Source of the DNA: Polyangiales bacterium
GTDB taxonomy: Bacteria > Myxococcota_A > Polyangia > Polyangiales > Houyiibacteriaceae
DNA: 64,000 nucleotides
Direction: 5' to 3'
Assembly: GCA_965227405.1 (NCBI GenBank)
Contig: OZ245758.1
Span: 1,513,693-1,577,692, forward strand
The notes below the pieces were generated by a model, which did no database searches, had not been told where the DNA came from, and was given only the letters and a program-made list of their open reading frames with translations. The position numbers were made by a program, and so were the translations under genes. Positions 1 through 9,297 of this stretch are shown one piece after another; the first letter of the stretch is position 1; each line of letters opens with the position of its first letter.

Positions 1-1032
1 GTGCAGGCGTTCTACGACGGCGGTGATGGCTTTGATGCCGACGTCGAAACCAACCTGCACGGTCTGGCCGAAGTCGGTCGCCGTCGCATGGCACTAGCCG
101 AAGAACGCGGCGTGGTGCGCTACCGACGCAGTGAAGTCGTGGTCAAACTCGGCGGCCAAGAGGGGCTGCGCTTTGTGGTTCTCAAAGACGTTCGCCGCGC
201 GGTTGAGCGCTACAACGAACAACTCTCGCTCTTGTGCAACGTGGAGGGCGCGCTTTTGCTCCGCGATGGCGAGGGCGACCACGTCGAGCCGATCTACCGT
301 GTTCACCCTCCGCCCGACGCGGACAAGCTACGCGCGTTCGAACGGATGCTCGGTGCGCTGGTGCAAAGCCGACAACTCGATCCCAGCGTTTGGCTTTGGA
401 GCATTGGTTCAGAGCGACCCATTGCGGACTACCTCGATCAGCTCCCGACTGAAGGCGAAGAGGGCCGGCTTGCTCGAGCGATTCATCGTCAGGCGGTGAT
501 GGTGAATGTGCGTTCGACGTTTCAAACCACGCCTTCGGGCCACCACGGTGTCGGTGCGGAAGTCTACGCACGCTTCAGCGCCCCCATGCGCGAGATCGTG
601 GGGGTGTATCTGCATGCCGAAGCGTGGGAACGACTTCGCGGCGAAGGTCAGCGCAACGAACAACTTCGCGATGCGATCGTGGTGCGCGCCAACGAAGCCA
701 AGCAGCTTCAACGCAAGGTCACCGACGAGTCGAACCGCTTGGTTCTGGATCAGCTCTTCAAGGAAGGCGGCGAAACCTTTAAGGGGACGGTAATGGGGCT
801 AACACGCGGCAAGATTCACGTGATGCTCGACCTGCCTCCCATTGATGTGAAGGTGTACATGCGTCACCAACAGCGCTTCGCCAAACGCGACCTGGTGGTG
901 AGCGAAGACGGAAGCATGCTGCACGACGAAGACGGCAAAGCGATTTGCGGGTTGGGCGACGAAGTGCAGGTCAACGTGCAAGGGCGCGACGAAAAGAAGG
1001 ACCGCTGGATTCTGACGGTGGAGAAAACATGA
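1..1032 (+). CDS. RNase R / RNase II family 3'-5' exoribonuclease, C-terminal portion (5' end lies outside the window)
   Basis: The ORF runs from window base 1 with no upstream stop. It contains an RNB-domain-like motif 'GHHGVGAEVYARFSAPMREIVGVYLH' (compare RNase II '[26 protein letters not shown]'), followed by a basic, S1-like C-terminus. Confidence 0.55.
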   Translation: MQAFYDGGDGFDADVETNLHGLAEVGRRRMALAEERGVVRYRRSEVVVKLGGQEGLRFVVLKDVRRAVERYNEQLSLLCNVEGALLLRDGEGDHVEPIYRVHPPPDADKLRAFERMLGALVQSRQLDPSVWLWSIGSERPIADYLDQLPTEGEEGRLARAIHRQAVMVNVRSTFQTTPSGHHGVGAEVYARFSAPMREIVGVYLHAEAWERLRGEGQRNEQLRDAIVVRANEAKQLQRKVTDESNRLVLDQLFKEGGETFKGTVMGLTRGKIHVMLDLPPIDVKVYMRHQQRFAKRDLVVSEDGSMLHDEDGKAICGLGDEVQVNVQGRDEKKDRWILTVEKT

Positions 1033-1994
1033 GGTGGTGGGTTCTCGTCGTCGCGTTGGGATGTGCGTCGGGTGGGTCTTCCGATGACGCGGGTCCCCGA
1101 ACCGATGGCTTTGTCGCCGACGGAGGCGCGGACACCTCAGTCGCAGACACCGGACCGCCCGACGAAGCCTGTATCGGAGCGACCGAGGGAACACCCTGCG
1201 ACGCCGACGGGAATGGCTGCACGATGGACCTGTGTCGTCGTGAGCGTTGTGTCCTCGGCGGAGCTGCGGACTGCGACGACGGCTTGGGCTGCACGACAGA
1301 CTCGTGCGTCTCGACCGGCCCGATGACGTTCATGTGCTCGAGTGAAGTCGCTGCGGGCAGCTGTGCGATCGGCGCCGTGTGCGTCTCGAACGGAATGGCG
1401 AATCCGGCCGACGAATGCCAGGTGTGCGATGCATCGAGTCCCGAAGCGTGGTCGGTCAACACGGGCAGCTGCGACGACGGCGATGCGTGCACGATGGGCG
1501 ATTCGTGTGCGACCGGAACGTGCACGGGCAACCCGATGCTCGACGCGTACGAAGGCAACAACACGCGCGCAGCAGCACACGATCTCGGAGGCGTAAGCGA
1601 CCGTGACACGTTTGGCGAAGAGAGCTTCAACGACGCGGCGATTTATCCGGATGGCGACGAAGACTGGTACCGCTACTTCGACGACGACGACATCGGTGGT
1701 TCGATCTTTCCGCAGGTCTATCTGCAGAACATCCCGAGCGGCAGCAACTACGACCTGTGTGTGACGGTGAGTTGCGACGATGGACTCGACAGCCTCGACT
1801 GCGAAATGGGCACCAAGGTCGGATCGGACACCTGCTGTAGCCGTTCTGGAAGCAACGCGGACGAACGCGTTCGGATCGATCACTCGTGCGACACGTTCAC
1901 CGACGACTCGGCCACGATCTTCATCCAAGTGGTCAAAGTCGGTGGTCCCGCGAGCTGCACCACGCCCTACGAGATCATCTGGGGCGACGGTTAG
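1029..1994 (+). CDS. Secreted Cys-rich lipoprotein with myxobacterial-type Cys repeats and a C-terminal pre-peptidase (PPC)-like domain
   Basis: The start 'MRWWVLVVALGCASGG' is a signal peptide plus lipobox, and the ATG at 1029 overlaps the upstream stop. The body has repeated 'C-DG-GC-TDxC' units. The C-terminus 'DEDWYRYFDDDD...YDLCVTVSCDDG' resembles the PPC-domain DWY-F motif. Confidence 0.6.
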   Translation: MRWWVLVVALGCASGGSSDDAGPRTDGFVADGGADTSVADTGPPDEACIGATEGTPCDADGNGCTMDLCRRERCVLGGAADCDDGLGCTTDSCVSTGPMTFMCSSEVAAGSCAIGAVCVSNGMANPADECQVCDASSPEAWSVNTGSCDDGDACTMGDSCATGTCTGNPMLDAYEGNNTRAAAHDLGGVSDRDTFGEESFNDAAIYPDGDEDWYRYFDDDDIGGSIFPQVYLQNIPSGSNYDLCVTVSCDDGLDSLDCEMGTKVGSDTCCSRSGSNADERVRIDHSCDTFTDDSATIFIQVVKVGGPASCTTPYEIIWGDG

Positions 1995-1998
1995 GCGC

Positions 1999-2367
1999 GT
2001 GCCTGACGAACTCACCGACGATCAGTTGGACGAACTTAAAACGAAGGTCGGACAACTCGTCACGCAGCTTCAGAGTTCCATCGAAGAAGCGAAGCGCGGA
2101 GCCAAGCCCGTCAAACTCGACCAGCAAAGCGTGGGCCGCGTGTCGCGGATCGACGCGATTCAGCAGCAACAGATGGCCGCGGCTGGACAGCGCTCGATGG
2201 AACTACGCTTACAACAAGCCAAGGCAGCGCTGCGCGCGTTCGAAGCAGACGAGTACGGCTACTGTCGGCGATGCGAGGAACCGATCGGATACCGACGCTT
2301 GTCAGCAAAGCCCGAGTCGCCGTTTTGCTTGGAGTGCCAAAGCGCAGGCGAGCGCTCGTCGAATTGA
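1999..2367 (+). CDS. DksA/TraR family C4-type zinc-finger protein
   Basis: There is a C-terminal 'CRRCEEPI...RLSAKPESPFCLECQ' four-Cys finger preceded by a coiled-coil region, and the size is about 122 aa. A GTG at 1999 lies in frame just after the upstream stop, but the exact start is uncertain. Confidence 0.6.
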   Translation: MPDELTDDQLDELKTKVGQLVTQLQSSIEEAKRGAKPVKLDQQSVGRVSRIDAIQQQQMAAAGQRSMELRLQQAKAALRAFEADEYGYCRRCEEPIGYRRLSAKPESPFCLECQSAGERSSN

Positions 2368-2418
2368 GGTTCGTCACAAGCCGGCCAAACATCATGCCCC
2401 CACTGTGGTCAGCACGAC

Positions 2419-3384
2419 GTGAGACTCAGTCACTTGTTTGCCGCTGGATGTCTTGTGATGGCTGCGTGCTCGGGAGCCGTACCAGACACAATCGATGGCC
2501 TCCCGCTGCTTCACGCAACGGACCAACCTGGTGCGAATAGCTTGCGAGTCGATTCGACAACCTTGCATTGGGTCAACGAAGTCAGCGGGTCGATCATGGC
2601 CTGTGATTTAGCAACAGGTGAGACACGCACTCTCGTCTCAGATATTGACGGGATCAGTACAGCGTTCGCAGTTTCCGAGTCGCATGTGTACTGGGCGACG
2701 TGGACCGAGGGTGCCGTGATGCGGGTGTCTCGTCACGGTGGCGAACCCGAAGAAATCAACAACGAGGGATTGTCACGCGCGACCGACATGGTCGTCGTAG
2801 GCGGCGATCTCTTCTTAGCGATCTTTGGTGGCGCGATTTTCCGAATCCCGGCAAACGGTGGCCCGGCTGAAGACTTACATTGGCCAGAAGAGCCGTGGAC
2901 AGCCCCTCCAACCGGCTTGGAAGCTCAAGACAACTACCTCTACGTCGGGTCAAAGAACGCGATTCGACGGATGCGAATCGACTCGTTGGAGTGGGAGACG
3001 ATTACGGACGACCCACGTATCGGTAGCCTTTCGGGTCTCACTGTGAACGCTCGCTTCGTGTACGGGTCGTCCATCAATGACGACAGGCTATTTCGCGTTC
3101 CGGTCGGCGGTGGCGAGCTGACCATCTTGTCCGAAGACCAGCAGTTCCTTCAGATCCTGGCTGACGACTCTCGACTCTTCTTCTCCACACAATATGGGGT
3201 CGGCTACATGCCTGCGGATGGGGGCGAACAGGTCCAGCTTGCACCGCCTGGACAGCTCCCTGAGGAGTTCATGAGAACACACACGTTTGCACTCGGGTCT
3301 CGACGCGTGTGGTGGGCGACGCGTGAGTACTCCGAGCCAAACCTGCAGAGCGAGATCTGGTCGCTACAACAGCCCGACCTCTAA
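2419..3384 (+). CDS. Lipoprotein with YWTD-like beta-propeller repeats (hypothetical)
   Basis: The lipobox is 'LVMAACSG'. Repeated 'HVYWAT / VWWAT / LYVGS' blades are present. Base composition is visibly lower GC than the flanks, with many AT-ending codons. Confidence 0.6.
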   Translation: MRLSHLFAAGCLVMAACSGAVPDTIDGLPLLHATDQPGANSLRVDSTTLHWVNEVSGSIMACDLATGETRTLVSDIDGISTAFAVSESHVYWATWTEGAVMRVSRHGGEPEEINNEGLSRATDMVVVGGDLFLAIFGGAIFRIPANGGPAEDLHWPEEPWTAPPTGLEAQDNYLYVGSKNAIRRMRIDSLEWETITDDPRIGSLSGLTVNARFVYGSSINDDRLFRVPVGGGELTILSEDQQFLQILADDSRLFFSTQYGVGYMPADGGEQVQLAPPGQLPEEFMRTHTFALGSRRVWWATREYSEPNLQSEIWSLQQPDL

Positions 3385-3405
3385 GAAACACTCAATGCAA
3401 GAGTT

Positions 3406-4818
3406 CTACTCGTCGCGAAGACCGAGTTCTTTCATCTTCGTTTGAAGACTCTTGCGCGAAATCTTCAACAAGCGCGCCGTGTGCGTGACGTTCCCGCCGG
3501 TTTGCGCCAATGCGCGAACGATCAGCTCCTTTTCGAGCTTCGCGGTCGCTTCCTTCACCGCGTCTTTGAGACCGACGTTGGAATCTGGTGACGTGACGGC
3601 TTCCGCGGTTCGCTCGTCGCCCAAGAGGCTCTCGCCCACACTGGTCGCGATCGAGGTTGCTTCGCGGATCTCTGTCGGCAAGTGATCCACATCGATCTGA
3701 TCGCCGTCGCAAAAGAGCATGCAGCGCTCGACCACGTTTTCGAGCTCACGAATGTTGCCGCGCCAGGGATGCTTCTCCAGCAGTTCTAACGCTCCCGACG
3801 TAAAGCCCTGGACCGACCGCTTGAGTCGTTCGTTGAACCGCTTGACGAAGTGCTCCAACAAGAGCGGCACATCCGAGGTTCGCTCGCGAAGCGGCGGCAA
3901 GTGCACGTGCACCACGTTGAGCCGGTAATAGAGGTCTTCGCGGAACCGTCCTTCTTCAATCTCTTTCTTCAGATCGCGATTGGTCGCCGCAACCACGCGC
4001 ACATCGACGCTCAGTGTCTTGATTCCACCCACGCGTTCGAACTCTTGTTCCTGCAACGCGCGGAGCAGCTTCACTTGCATGTTGAGCGGGATTTCCCCGA
4101 TCTCGTCGAGAAAAAGTGTTCCTTTATCGGCCAATTCAAACCGACCTGGCTTGCTCGTCACCGCACCCGTGAACGCACCCTTCTCGTATCCAAAGAGTTC
4201 GCTCTCGATCAGATTCGGTGGGATCGCGGCGCAGTGAACCGGAATGTAGGGCTTGCTCGCACGGCTGCTGTTGTCGTGAAGCGCGCGTGCAATGAGCTCC
4301 TTACCGGTACCACTCTCCCCTGTGATCAGCACCGTGCTTGGCGTATCGGCGACGCGTTCGATCACGTCGTACACCTGCATCATCGGCTTGCTTTGACCGA
4401 TGATGCGGAAGCGCCCGGGTTCTGCCGGCGGCGCGGCGACGTGCTTCCCAGTGATCTCTCGCGTGCGCGTCGCTTTTTCAATGACGTGCTTGAGCTCTGC
4501 ACGATCAAAAGGCTTGGTGACGTAGTCGAAGGCCCCCAGCTTGAGTGCTTCGACAGCCGTGTCCACCGTGCCGTGCGCGGTGATCATGATCACCGGCAGG
4601 CCAGGGAACTTCTCAGTCACCTGCTTGAGAAGCTCCATCCCGTCCAGGTTGGGCATCTTCAGATCCGTGATGATGACGTCGACGTGGTGCTCTTCGAGCG
4701 TTGCTAACGCAGCCTGACCGTCTTCGACGGCATGCACTTCATACCCGTCACGGGTCAGCTGCGCTTTGAGAACGCGCCGGAGATTCGGCTCGTCATCGGC
4801 AACGAGGATCTGCTTCAT
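3406..4818 (-). CDS. Sigma-54-dependent response regulator (NtrC family: REC + AAA+ + Fis-HTH)
   Basis: REC domain 'ILVADDE...[10 protein letters not shown]'. Walker A 'GESGTGKE'. '[15 protein letters not shown]' is the GAFTGA sigma-54 contact motif. The C-terminus carries an HTH. Confidence 0.9.
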   Translation of the reverse strand: MKQILVADDEPNLRRVLKAQLTRDGYEVHAVEDGQAALATLEEHHVDVIITDLKMPNLDGMELLKQVTEKFPGLPVIMITAHGTVDTAVEALKLGAFDYVTKPFDRAELKHVIEKATRTREITGKHVAAPPAEPGRFRIIGQSKPMMQVYDVIERVADTPSTVLITGESGTGKELIARALHDNSSRASKPYIPVHCAAIPPNLIESELFGYEKGAFTGAVTSKPGRFELADKGTLFLDEIGEIPLNMQVKLLRALQEQEFERVGGIKTLSVDVRVVAATNRDLKKEIEEGRFREDLYYRLNVVHVHLPPLRERTSDVPLLLEHFVKRFNERLKRSVQGFTSGALELLEKHPWRGNIRELENVVERCMLFCDGDQIDVDHLPTEIREATSIATSVGESLLGDERTAEAVTSPDSNVGLKDAVKEATAKLEKELIVRALAQTGGNVTHTARLLKISRKSLQTKMKELGLRDE

Positions 4819-6260
4819 TCCGGCTCAACAACGCACTTCGGAATTTCTTCCGTCGGCACATCACCGGGAAGACCGGTACAGAGGAACATGAATACTGCGT
4901 TTTCGCCCGGTGCAGACGCGACGGGTTCCAGCCGCTCGGTAGCCTCGGGAGCGCAGCGCGAATCGCCGGGACAACCCGGATTGGTCGTCGCCAAAACGAC
5001 CGAGCGCCCCAGAAAATCCTCGGGTCCCACGCCACTCGGAACCAAAACACGCGCAGCATCTGCGTCCGGACCACTCGAAGTACCCGGGATGACATAGAGC
5101 GCACCGCTGTCCACATCGCCGCCTACGTCTGCGGTCGGTGCGCCCACGACGACATCCGACATCCCGTCGTTGTTGATGTCGCCGATGGCGAGTGCAGCGC
5201 CAAAGCTCGCTGCAGCACAGCTTGCGTCAAGAGTGCCAGTCGCGCTTGCCGGACACGCGAGTTCTGTCGTCGCAAGAGGCGTGTCGCACGTGCCAACCAC
5301 ACTTGGAACTTCAGCAATCAAGACGCGATCCGATGTGGGATCGCCGATCACGACTTCGATCGCCGCATCGCCATCGATGTTGCCCAACGCAATCTCGCCG
5401 CTCGTAGTGATTTCGTTGTCTCGCGGCGCACGCGTCGTCACGCCGTCAACACAACCCAGTGTTTGCAACTCGATCGTGCCCGCGTTGTCTCCGAGCACCA
5501 TCAGCACCACGCGGTTGTCTCCTGGCGCGCCCGCAGCAACGATGACCGGCGAACCGAGACCACCAAACGAGTCGACGGGGAACGTCTCAAGCGGTGAACC
5601 CAGTGCACCGTCGGCGCTGAGCGTGAACCCCGTCGGATTGGCGAGTGGGACCGGCATCGCTCCGCCGTCGTTCAAGCGGAAGATCTGACCGCCTTCCGGA
5701 GTCCGTGTCGCACTGATCAGCGCAACACCCGCTACATGATCCTCGGGCAACGGTGCCAAATCGGTTCCGAGATCGACTTCCTCAACCGGAAGAATGCGCA
5801 TGGTCGCACGCGACTGCTCGCACATGACGAGGAGTTCACCCTCGCCCGACTCGAACGAGTCATCGCCGCGAACCGGGTCGACGTTGGACGTCAGATAGCA
5901 GTCACGCAGACCGTTCCAGCTCGCCAAGCCAACCACGGCGCCGCTCGCGCCCATCGGACAGTCCGGCATGTCGCCACCGAGGTTGTTGCAGCGTTCGGTC
6001 AGTGCTTTGCCGCCACCGAGACCTTCTTCGTCAAATACGTTGAAGACCACCTGACCGAAACCGACGCCGCGAGAAGCCACGATTCGCGAGATCGGACGAC
6101 TCGGCTCGGTCGCTGTGCCTCCGGTGTACGCGGCAATGACACCGCCAAAGTCCGTGTAGCGACTCGGCGGCTCAAACGAGAGCAACGTCGCCTGCTTTTC
6201 GAGGTCGTCGAAGGGGCCCAACTGACAGCCCACGATCAGAATGCAAAGTAGCCAACGCAT
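4815..6260 (-). CDS. FG-GAP (integrin-alpha-like) repeat lipoprotein
   Basis: Repeated 'GDINNDGMSDVVVGAP...' and 'GNIDGDAAIEVVIGDP' FG-GAP/Ca-binding units. The likely start is 'MRWLLCILIVGCQ' (signal plus lipobox), whose ATG overlaps the upstream gene stop as TGATG. There is a 4-nt overlap with the downstream sigma-54 regulator. Confidence 0.7.
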   Translation of the reverse strand: MRWLLCILIVGCQLGPFDDLEKQATLLSFEPPSRYTDFGGVIAAYTGGTATEPSRPISRIVASRGVGFGQVVFNVFDEEGLGGGKALTERCNNLGGDMPDCPMGASGAVVGLASWNGLRDCYLTSNVDPVRGDDSFESGEGELLVMCEQSRATMRILPVEEVDLGTDLAPLPEDHVAGVALISATRTPEGGQIFRLNDGGAMPVPLANPTGFTLSADGALGSPLETFPVDSFGGLGSPVIVAAGAPGDNRVVLMVLGDNAGTIELQTLGCVDGVTTRAPRDNEITTSGEIALGNIDGDAAIEVVIGDPTSDRVLIAEVPSVVGTCDTPLATTELACPASATGTLDASCAAASFGAALAIGDINNDGMSDVVVGAPTADVGGDVDSGALYVIPGTSSGPDADAARVLVPSGVGPEDFLGRSVVLATTNPGCPGDSRCAPEATERLEPVASAPGENAVFMFLCTGLPGDVPTEEIPKCVVEPE

Positions 6261-7801
6261 CAGAACCGCCAATCCAGCTGTGCACCACCGGCGCGCATCG
6301 TTGGACTCAACATGGGTGTGAACGTCCAATCACGAGGTTCGAGCACGTCCGCACTCGAGTCGGGTAAAGGGTCGCGTATGAAGTAGTAGATCGAAAGAAG
6401 ACCCATCAGTCCTGCTAATCCGAACGCTGCGTTCGCACCGGCTGCAAGCCCCTTTCCTTGTCGAAAGCGAGAGTCGTTTCGCGACAGCAACCCGATGTCT
6501 CGATCGTCGCGAAGGTCGCCGAGAATGCTGTCGGATTGCAGCCCCATCACCACGCCAGCAGCAATGCTGCCCAACCCAAGGATCATCGTGATCCATGCCG
6601 GCGCTCGACTCACCGAAGGTCGCAGCGTGACACGCATCGGCGTGAGCTGACCGCGTTCGATCGTCACGTCTTGCTCCCAGTCCTTCATGCCGGGATGACT
6701 CACGCGAATCTCGTGTGGTCCAGCTTCGACCTCACCATCGTAGGGAACTGCACCGACTTCGCGTCCATCCACGTGCACCTTGGCGCCATCAACGTTGCCA
6801 AGTACGCGAATGCGCCCGTAGGTCACGCGTTCGAGTTCGACTTCTTCTTTGACGGTATCGCCGATGGTGACTTCGACGTCGCGTTCCAAGGTTTGGTAAC
6901 CCGGGCGTTCGATCCACACGTGGTGTTCACCGGTCAGAAGCGGGTTCATAAACGGCGTTTGGCCCACCGCGCCTTGCGAACGGTCATCGATGTACACGTC
7001 GGCTCCCGGCGGTTCGGTCACAACCTGCAAGTAGCCGAGGAACTCGCCCTGGGAGAGCTCAAGCACGGCGACGTAGACCTTTCCGGGACGAATCCGCATG
7101 GTGCGGGTAATCGTTCGGTAGTCAGGGTGGTCGACCGAAATCTCGTACTCGCCTTCATCCAGCGTCTGCGCGAACGGGGACTGACCCGACCCAAAGACTT
7201 GGTCGCCTTGGCGCAAGGTAATCGTCGCGTTCGATGGAGTCGTTTCGATGGAAAGAAGTGACTTCATCTGCACCGCCGGTAATGCAGGTGCGGGGTCGCC
7301 TGTCGGATCTCCTGTCGGATCACCTGTGGGATCGCCTGTGGGATCGCCCGTCGGATCGCCGGTTGGGTCACCCGTGGGATCACCTGTCGGGTCGCCGGTG
7401 GGATCCCCTGTGGGGTCACCGGTGGGATCGCCCGTGGGATCGGTTTGCGGTGTCAGGCGCGCAACTCGAGCGCGAACGTCTTCGGCGTCACTCGCATCCG
7501 GCTCAGCTTCCAGGTAGCGGTTGTAGTAGTCCACTGCCTGATCGCGCTGCTCGGCGTTCTCGTACGCGATGCCCGCGTTGTAGAGGAACGCGCTAAACGG
7601 TCGCGCTTGGTACGCCTCGAGGAACGCCGCTGCGGCATCTGCGTAGTTCTCCGCGACGTAGAGTTCCTGGCCTCGCTCCATCGCCTCTCGCGCGGCCTGA
7701 AGCAACTCGCGTTCGGATTGTTGCGCGTAGGTTAAGGTCGAGACGAAACTCAACGCCAAGACGCACGCCCATCCACCCATGGTTCTCGACATCGCGTGCA
7801 T
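6260..7801 (-). CDS. Secreted or membrane protein: TPR-like N-terminus, (DPTG)13 linker, PEGA domains, C-terminal transmembrane segment
   Basis: Signal peptide; 'LYNAGIAYENAEQRDQAVDYYNRYLE' is a TPR-like helix pair. Thirteen perfect DPTG repeats follow. 'PPGADVYIDD' and 'GAKVHVDG' are PEGA-type beta-sandwich motifs. A hydrophobic helix lies near the C-terminus. The start among M1, M5 and M8 is uncertain. Confidence 0.7.
   Translation of the reverse strand: MHAMSRTMGGWACVLALSFVSTLTYAQQSERELLQAAREAMERGQELYVAENYADAAAAFLEAYQARPFSAFLYNAGIAYENAEQRDQAVDYYNRYLEAEPDASDAEDVRARVARLTPQTDPTGDPTGDPTGDPTGDPTGDPTGDPTGDPTGDPTGDPTGDPTGDPTGDPAPALPAVQMKSLLSIETTPSNATITLRQGDQVFGSGQSPFAQTLDEGEYEISVDHPDYRTITRTMRIRPGKVYVAVLELSQGEFLGYLQVVTEPPGADVYIDDRSQGAVGQTPFMNPLLTGEHHVWIERPGYQTLERDVEVTIGDTVKEEVELERVTYGRIRVLGNVDGAKVHVDGREVGAVPYDGEVEAGPHEIRVSHPGMKDWEQDVTIERGQLTPMRVTLRPSVSRAPAWITMILGLGSIAAGVVMGLQSDSILGDLRDDRDIGLLSRNDSRFRQGKGLAAGANAAFGLAGLMGLLSIYYFIRDPLPDSSADVLEPRDWTFTPMLSPTMRAGGAQLDWRF
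7286..7441 (-). repeat. Coding tandem repeat: 13 x 12-nt units encoding (Asp-Pro-Thr-Gly)13
   Basis: Directly visible units 'ggatc[g/a/c]cc[t/c/g]gt[c/g/t]g'. They are perfect at the protein level but differ at synonymous positions at the nucleotide level. Confidence 0.85.
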
Positions 7802-7831
7802 CGTAGCCTCATCTCAGAGTCACCAACACCC

Positions 7832-8464
7832 ATGATTCCGCGCCTCGTTTGCGACTTCGATGGAACCCTCGCTGTCCAGGATCTCGGCGATGCGATCTGC
7901 GCGCATTTCGCGGACCCCAACTGGGTCGAAGTCCGTGAAGAGTGGCGCGAGGGAAAGCTCACGCTCCCCCAAGCGCAGGATCGAATGTGGTCCACTGTGC
8001 GCGCGAGTGCAGATGAGCTGCGCGCGTTCGTCGACGAGGTCGCTCAATTGCGGGGTGGCGTGAACGCGCTCTTCGCAGCCGTTGCGGACCAGAAGCTTGA
8101 GCTGGTGATCGCGTCGGGTGGGTTCGACTTCTACATCGAGCAACTGCTCGGTGAACGTCTCAAAGGCATTCCGCTGTACTGCAATCGCCTGCGTCCATCT
8201 CGGCAGGGTGCACGTGTCGAGTTTCCCCACAGCGAGTTCGCGCGCGGTCTCTTCGCGATCGATAAAGCCAAAGTTCTCGAAAAGCACCCGGGTGCATTTG
8301 CGGGAGATGGTCGGTCGGACCGCTCCGTGATCGCCACCGATGCGCAACTTTTTGTAGTGCAGAACAGCGCGCTTCACAGCTTAAGTAACGCCGCGGGTAG
8401 GTCGTGCGTACCGTTTACAGACTTTCGTGAGATCGTCGCTATGCTGACCGAGTCAGAAACATGA
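7832..8464 (+). CDS. HAD-superfamily hydrolase (phosphatase-like)
   Basis: 'VCDFDGTL' is the HAD motif I DxDG[T/V]; 'FAGDGRSD' is the motif IV-like acid pair. The start was chosen at 'MIPRLVCDFDGT'. Confidence 0.6.
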   Translation: MIPRLVCDFDGTLAVQDLGDAICAHFADPNWVEVREEWREGKLTLPQAQDRMWSTVRASADELRAFVDEVAQLRGGVNALFAAVADQKLELVIASGGFDFYIEQLLGERLKGIPLYCNRLRPSRQGARVEFPHSEFARGLFAIDKAKVLEKHPGAFAGDGRSDRSVIATDAQLFVVQNSALHSLSNAAGRSCVPFTDFREIVAMLTESET

Positions 8465-9072
8465 CGACCGCCACACCCAACAGCGCGCCTCCCAACAGTG
8501 CAAATCCCAACAGCGCAACTCCGGACGACGCACGCAGGCCCAACAACGCTGAGATTCTGAAGCGGTGGGCGCGAAACATCACGCCGTGGGTGATGTTGGC
8601 GGTGGGCATGTGGTGGATCGGCTCGTCGATCCAAGGTGACCTTCTTCCTCGTGGACCTGCCCCAGAACTGAGCGTGCAGTTGCGTTCAGGCGAAGCCTTC
8701 AACTTGGAAGAGCAACGTGGAAACGTGGTGGTGCTCAATTTCTGGGCGGCATGGTGCCCACCGTGTCGAGCGGAAGCTCCGGCGTTGAGTCGGGTCGCGC
8801 GGTACATGGAACAACGCAACGCCAAGTTGGTGGGGTTGGCGGTCGACACGATTTCGTTGCCGAGAGCGACGCGATTGGGAATGGACTATCCGCATGCGCT
8901 GGTCCGACAAGAGGACATCGACCGCTATCGCGTCACCACGCTTCCATCGACGTTCGTGATCGATGCTGAGGGCGAGATCGTTCGGACCTTCGTGGGCGAA
9001 GTCTCGGAGAGCGAGCTGCGCGAGGCTGTGGACGACGCGCTGGAAAGCGTGAACCGAGTCGCTTCCCGCTAA
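8461..9072 (+). CDS. TlpA-like thiol:disulfide oxidoreductase (thioredoxin fold, membrane-anchored)
   Basis: 'FWAAWCPPC' is the thioredoxin CxxC motif. There is an N-terminal TM segment and a low-complexity 'PNSAPPNSANPNSATP' tract. ATGA overlap with the upstream HAD gene. Confidence 0.75.
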   Translation: MTTATPNSAPPNSANPNSATPDDARRPNNAEILKRWARNITPWVMLAVGMWWIGSSIQGDLLPRGPAPELSVQLRSGEAFNLEEQRGNVVVLNFWAAWCPPCRAEAPALSRVARYMEQRNAKLVGLAVDTISLPRATRLGMDYPHALVRQEDIDRYRVTTLPSTFVIDAEGEIVRTFVGEVSESELREAVDDALESVNRVASR

Positions 9073-9082
9073 CGCGGGGCTC

Positions 9083-9248
9083 GAACTTTTTTAGTGGAAA
9101 TTTCGAAGGGTAGAATATCCCAAACGATCGATTCGCGCGTCACGGCGAGGCCGTTGTCCTGCTTCTAGACAGTCGCTCGCAGCGTGTGCATTGAACGATT
9201 CAGGGAATTCTCGTCTTCAAAATTTTCCACTAAAAGGCAGACCAAACC
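9083..9248. repeat. MITE-like element copy 1: about 22-bp terminal inverted repeats (TTTTAGTGGAAATTTCGAA ... TTCAAAATTTTCCACTAAAAGG) plus a conserved 'GCAGACCAAACC' tail
   Basis: The inverted-repeat arms are read directly from the sequence. The same arms recur at 30485-30696. The element sits in the intergenic region between the TlpA gene and the sigma-54 regulator. Confidence 0.45.
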
Positions 9249-9297
9249 GGTCCAGACCGGTGTCGCCCGAAAAGCAGCTCGGTGATAGCGTCCGTTC

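Noticed and set aside
945-1028. Upstream extension 'MRVGRRSAGQRARARRKEGPLDSDGGEN' of the Cys-rich lipoprotein
   Set aside because: It overlaps the RNase R-like gene's 3' end and precedes the obvious signal peptide. The ATG at 1029 gives a canonical lipoprotein N-terminus.
7286-7441. Regularly spaced 12-nt direct repeats that could superficially suggest a CRISPR-like array
   Set aside because: The units are contiguous with no spacers, in frame inside a 513-aa ORF, and encode (DPTG)13. This is a coding tandem repeat and not CRISPR.
9083-9248. Considered whether the AT-rich palindromic arms 'TTTAGTGGGAAATT / AATTTCCCACTAAA' are a sigma-54 promoter or IHF site for the downstream NtrC gene
   Set aside because: No GG-N10-GC (-24/-12) match. 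The same arms recur next to unrelated genes, in inverted orientation, as paired termini. This fits a mobile or repeat element better than a dedicated operator.
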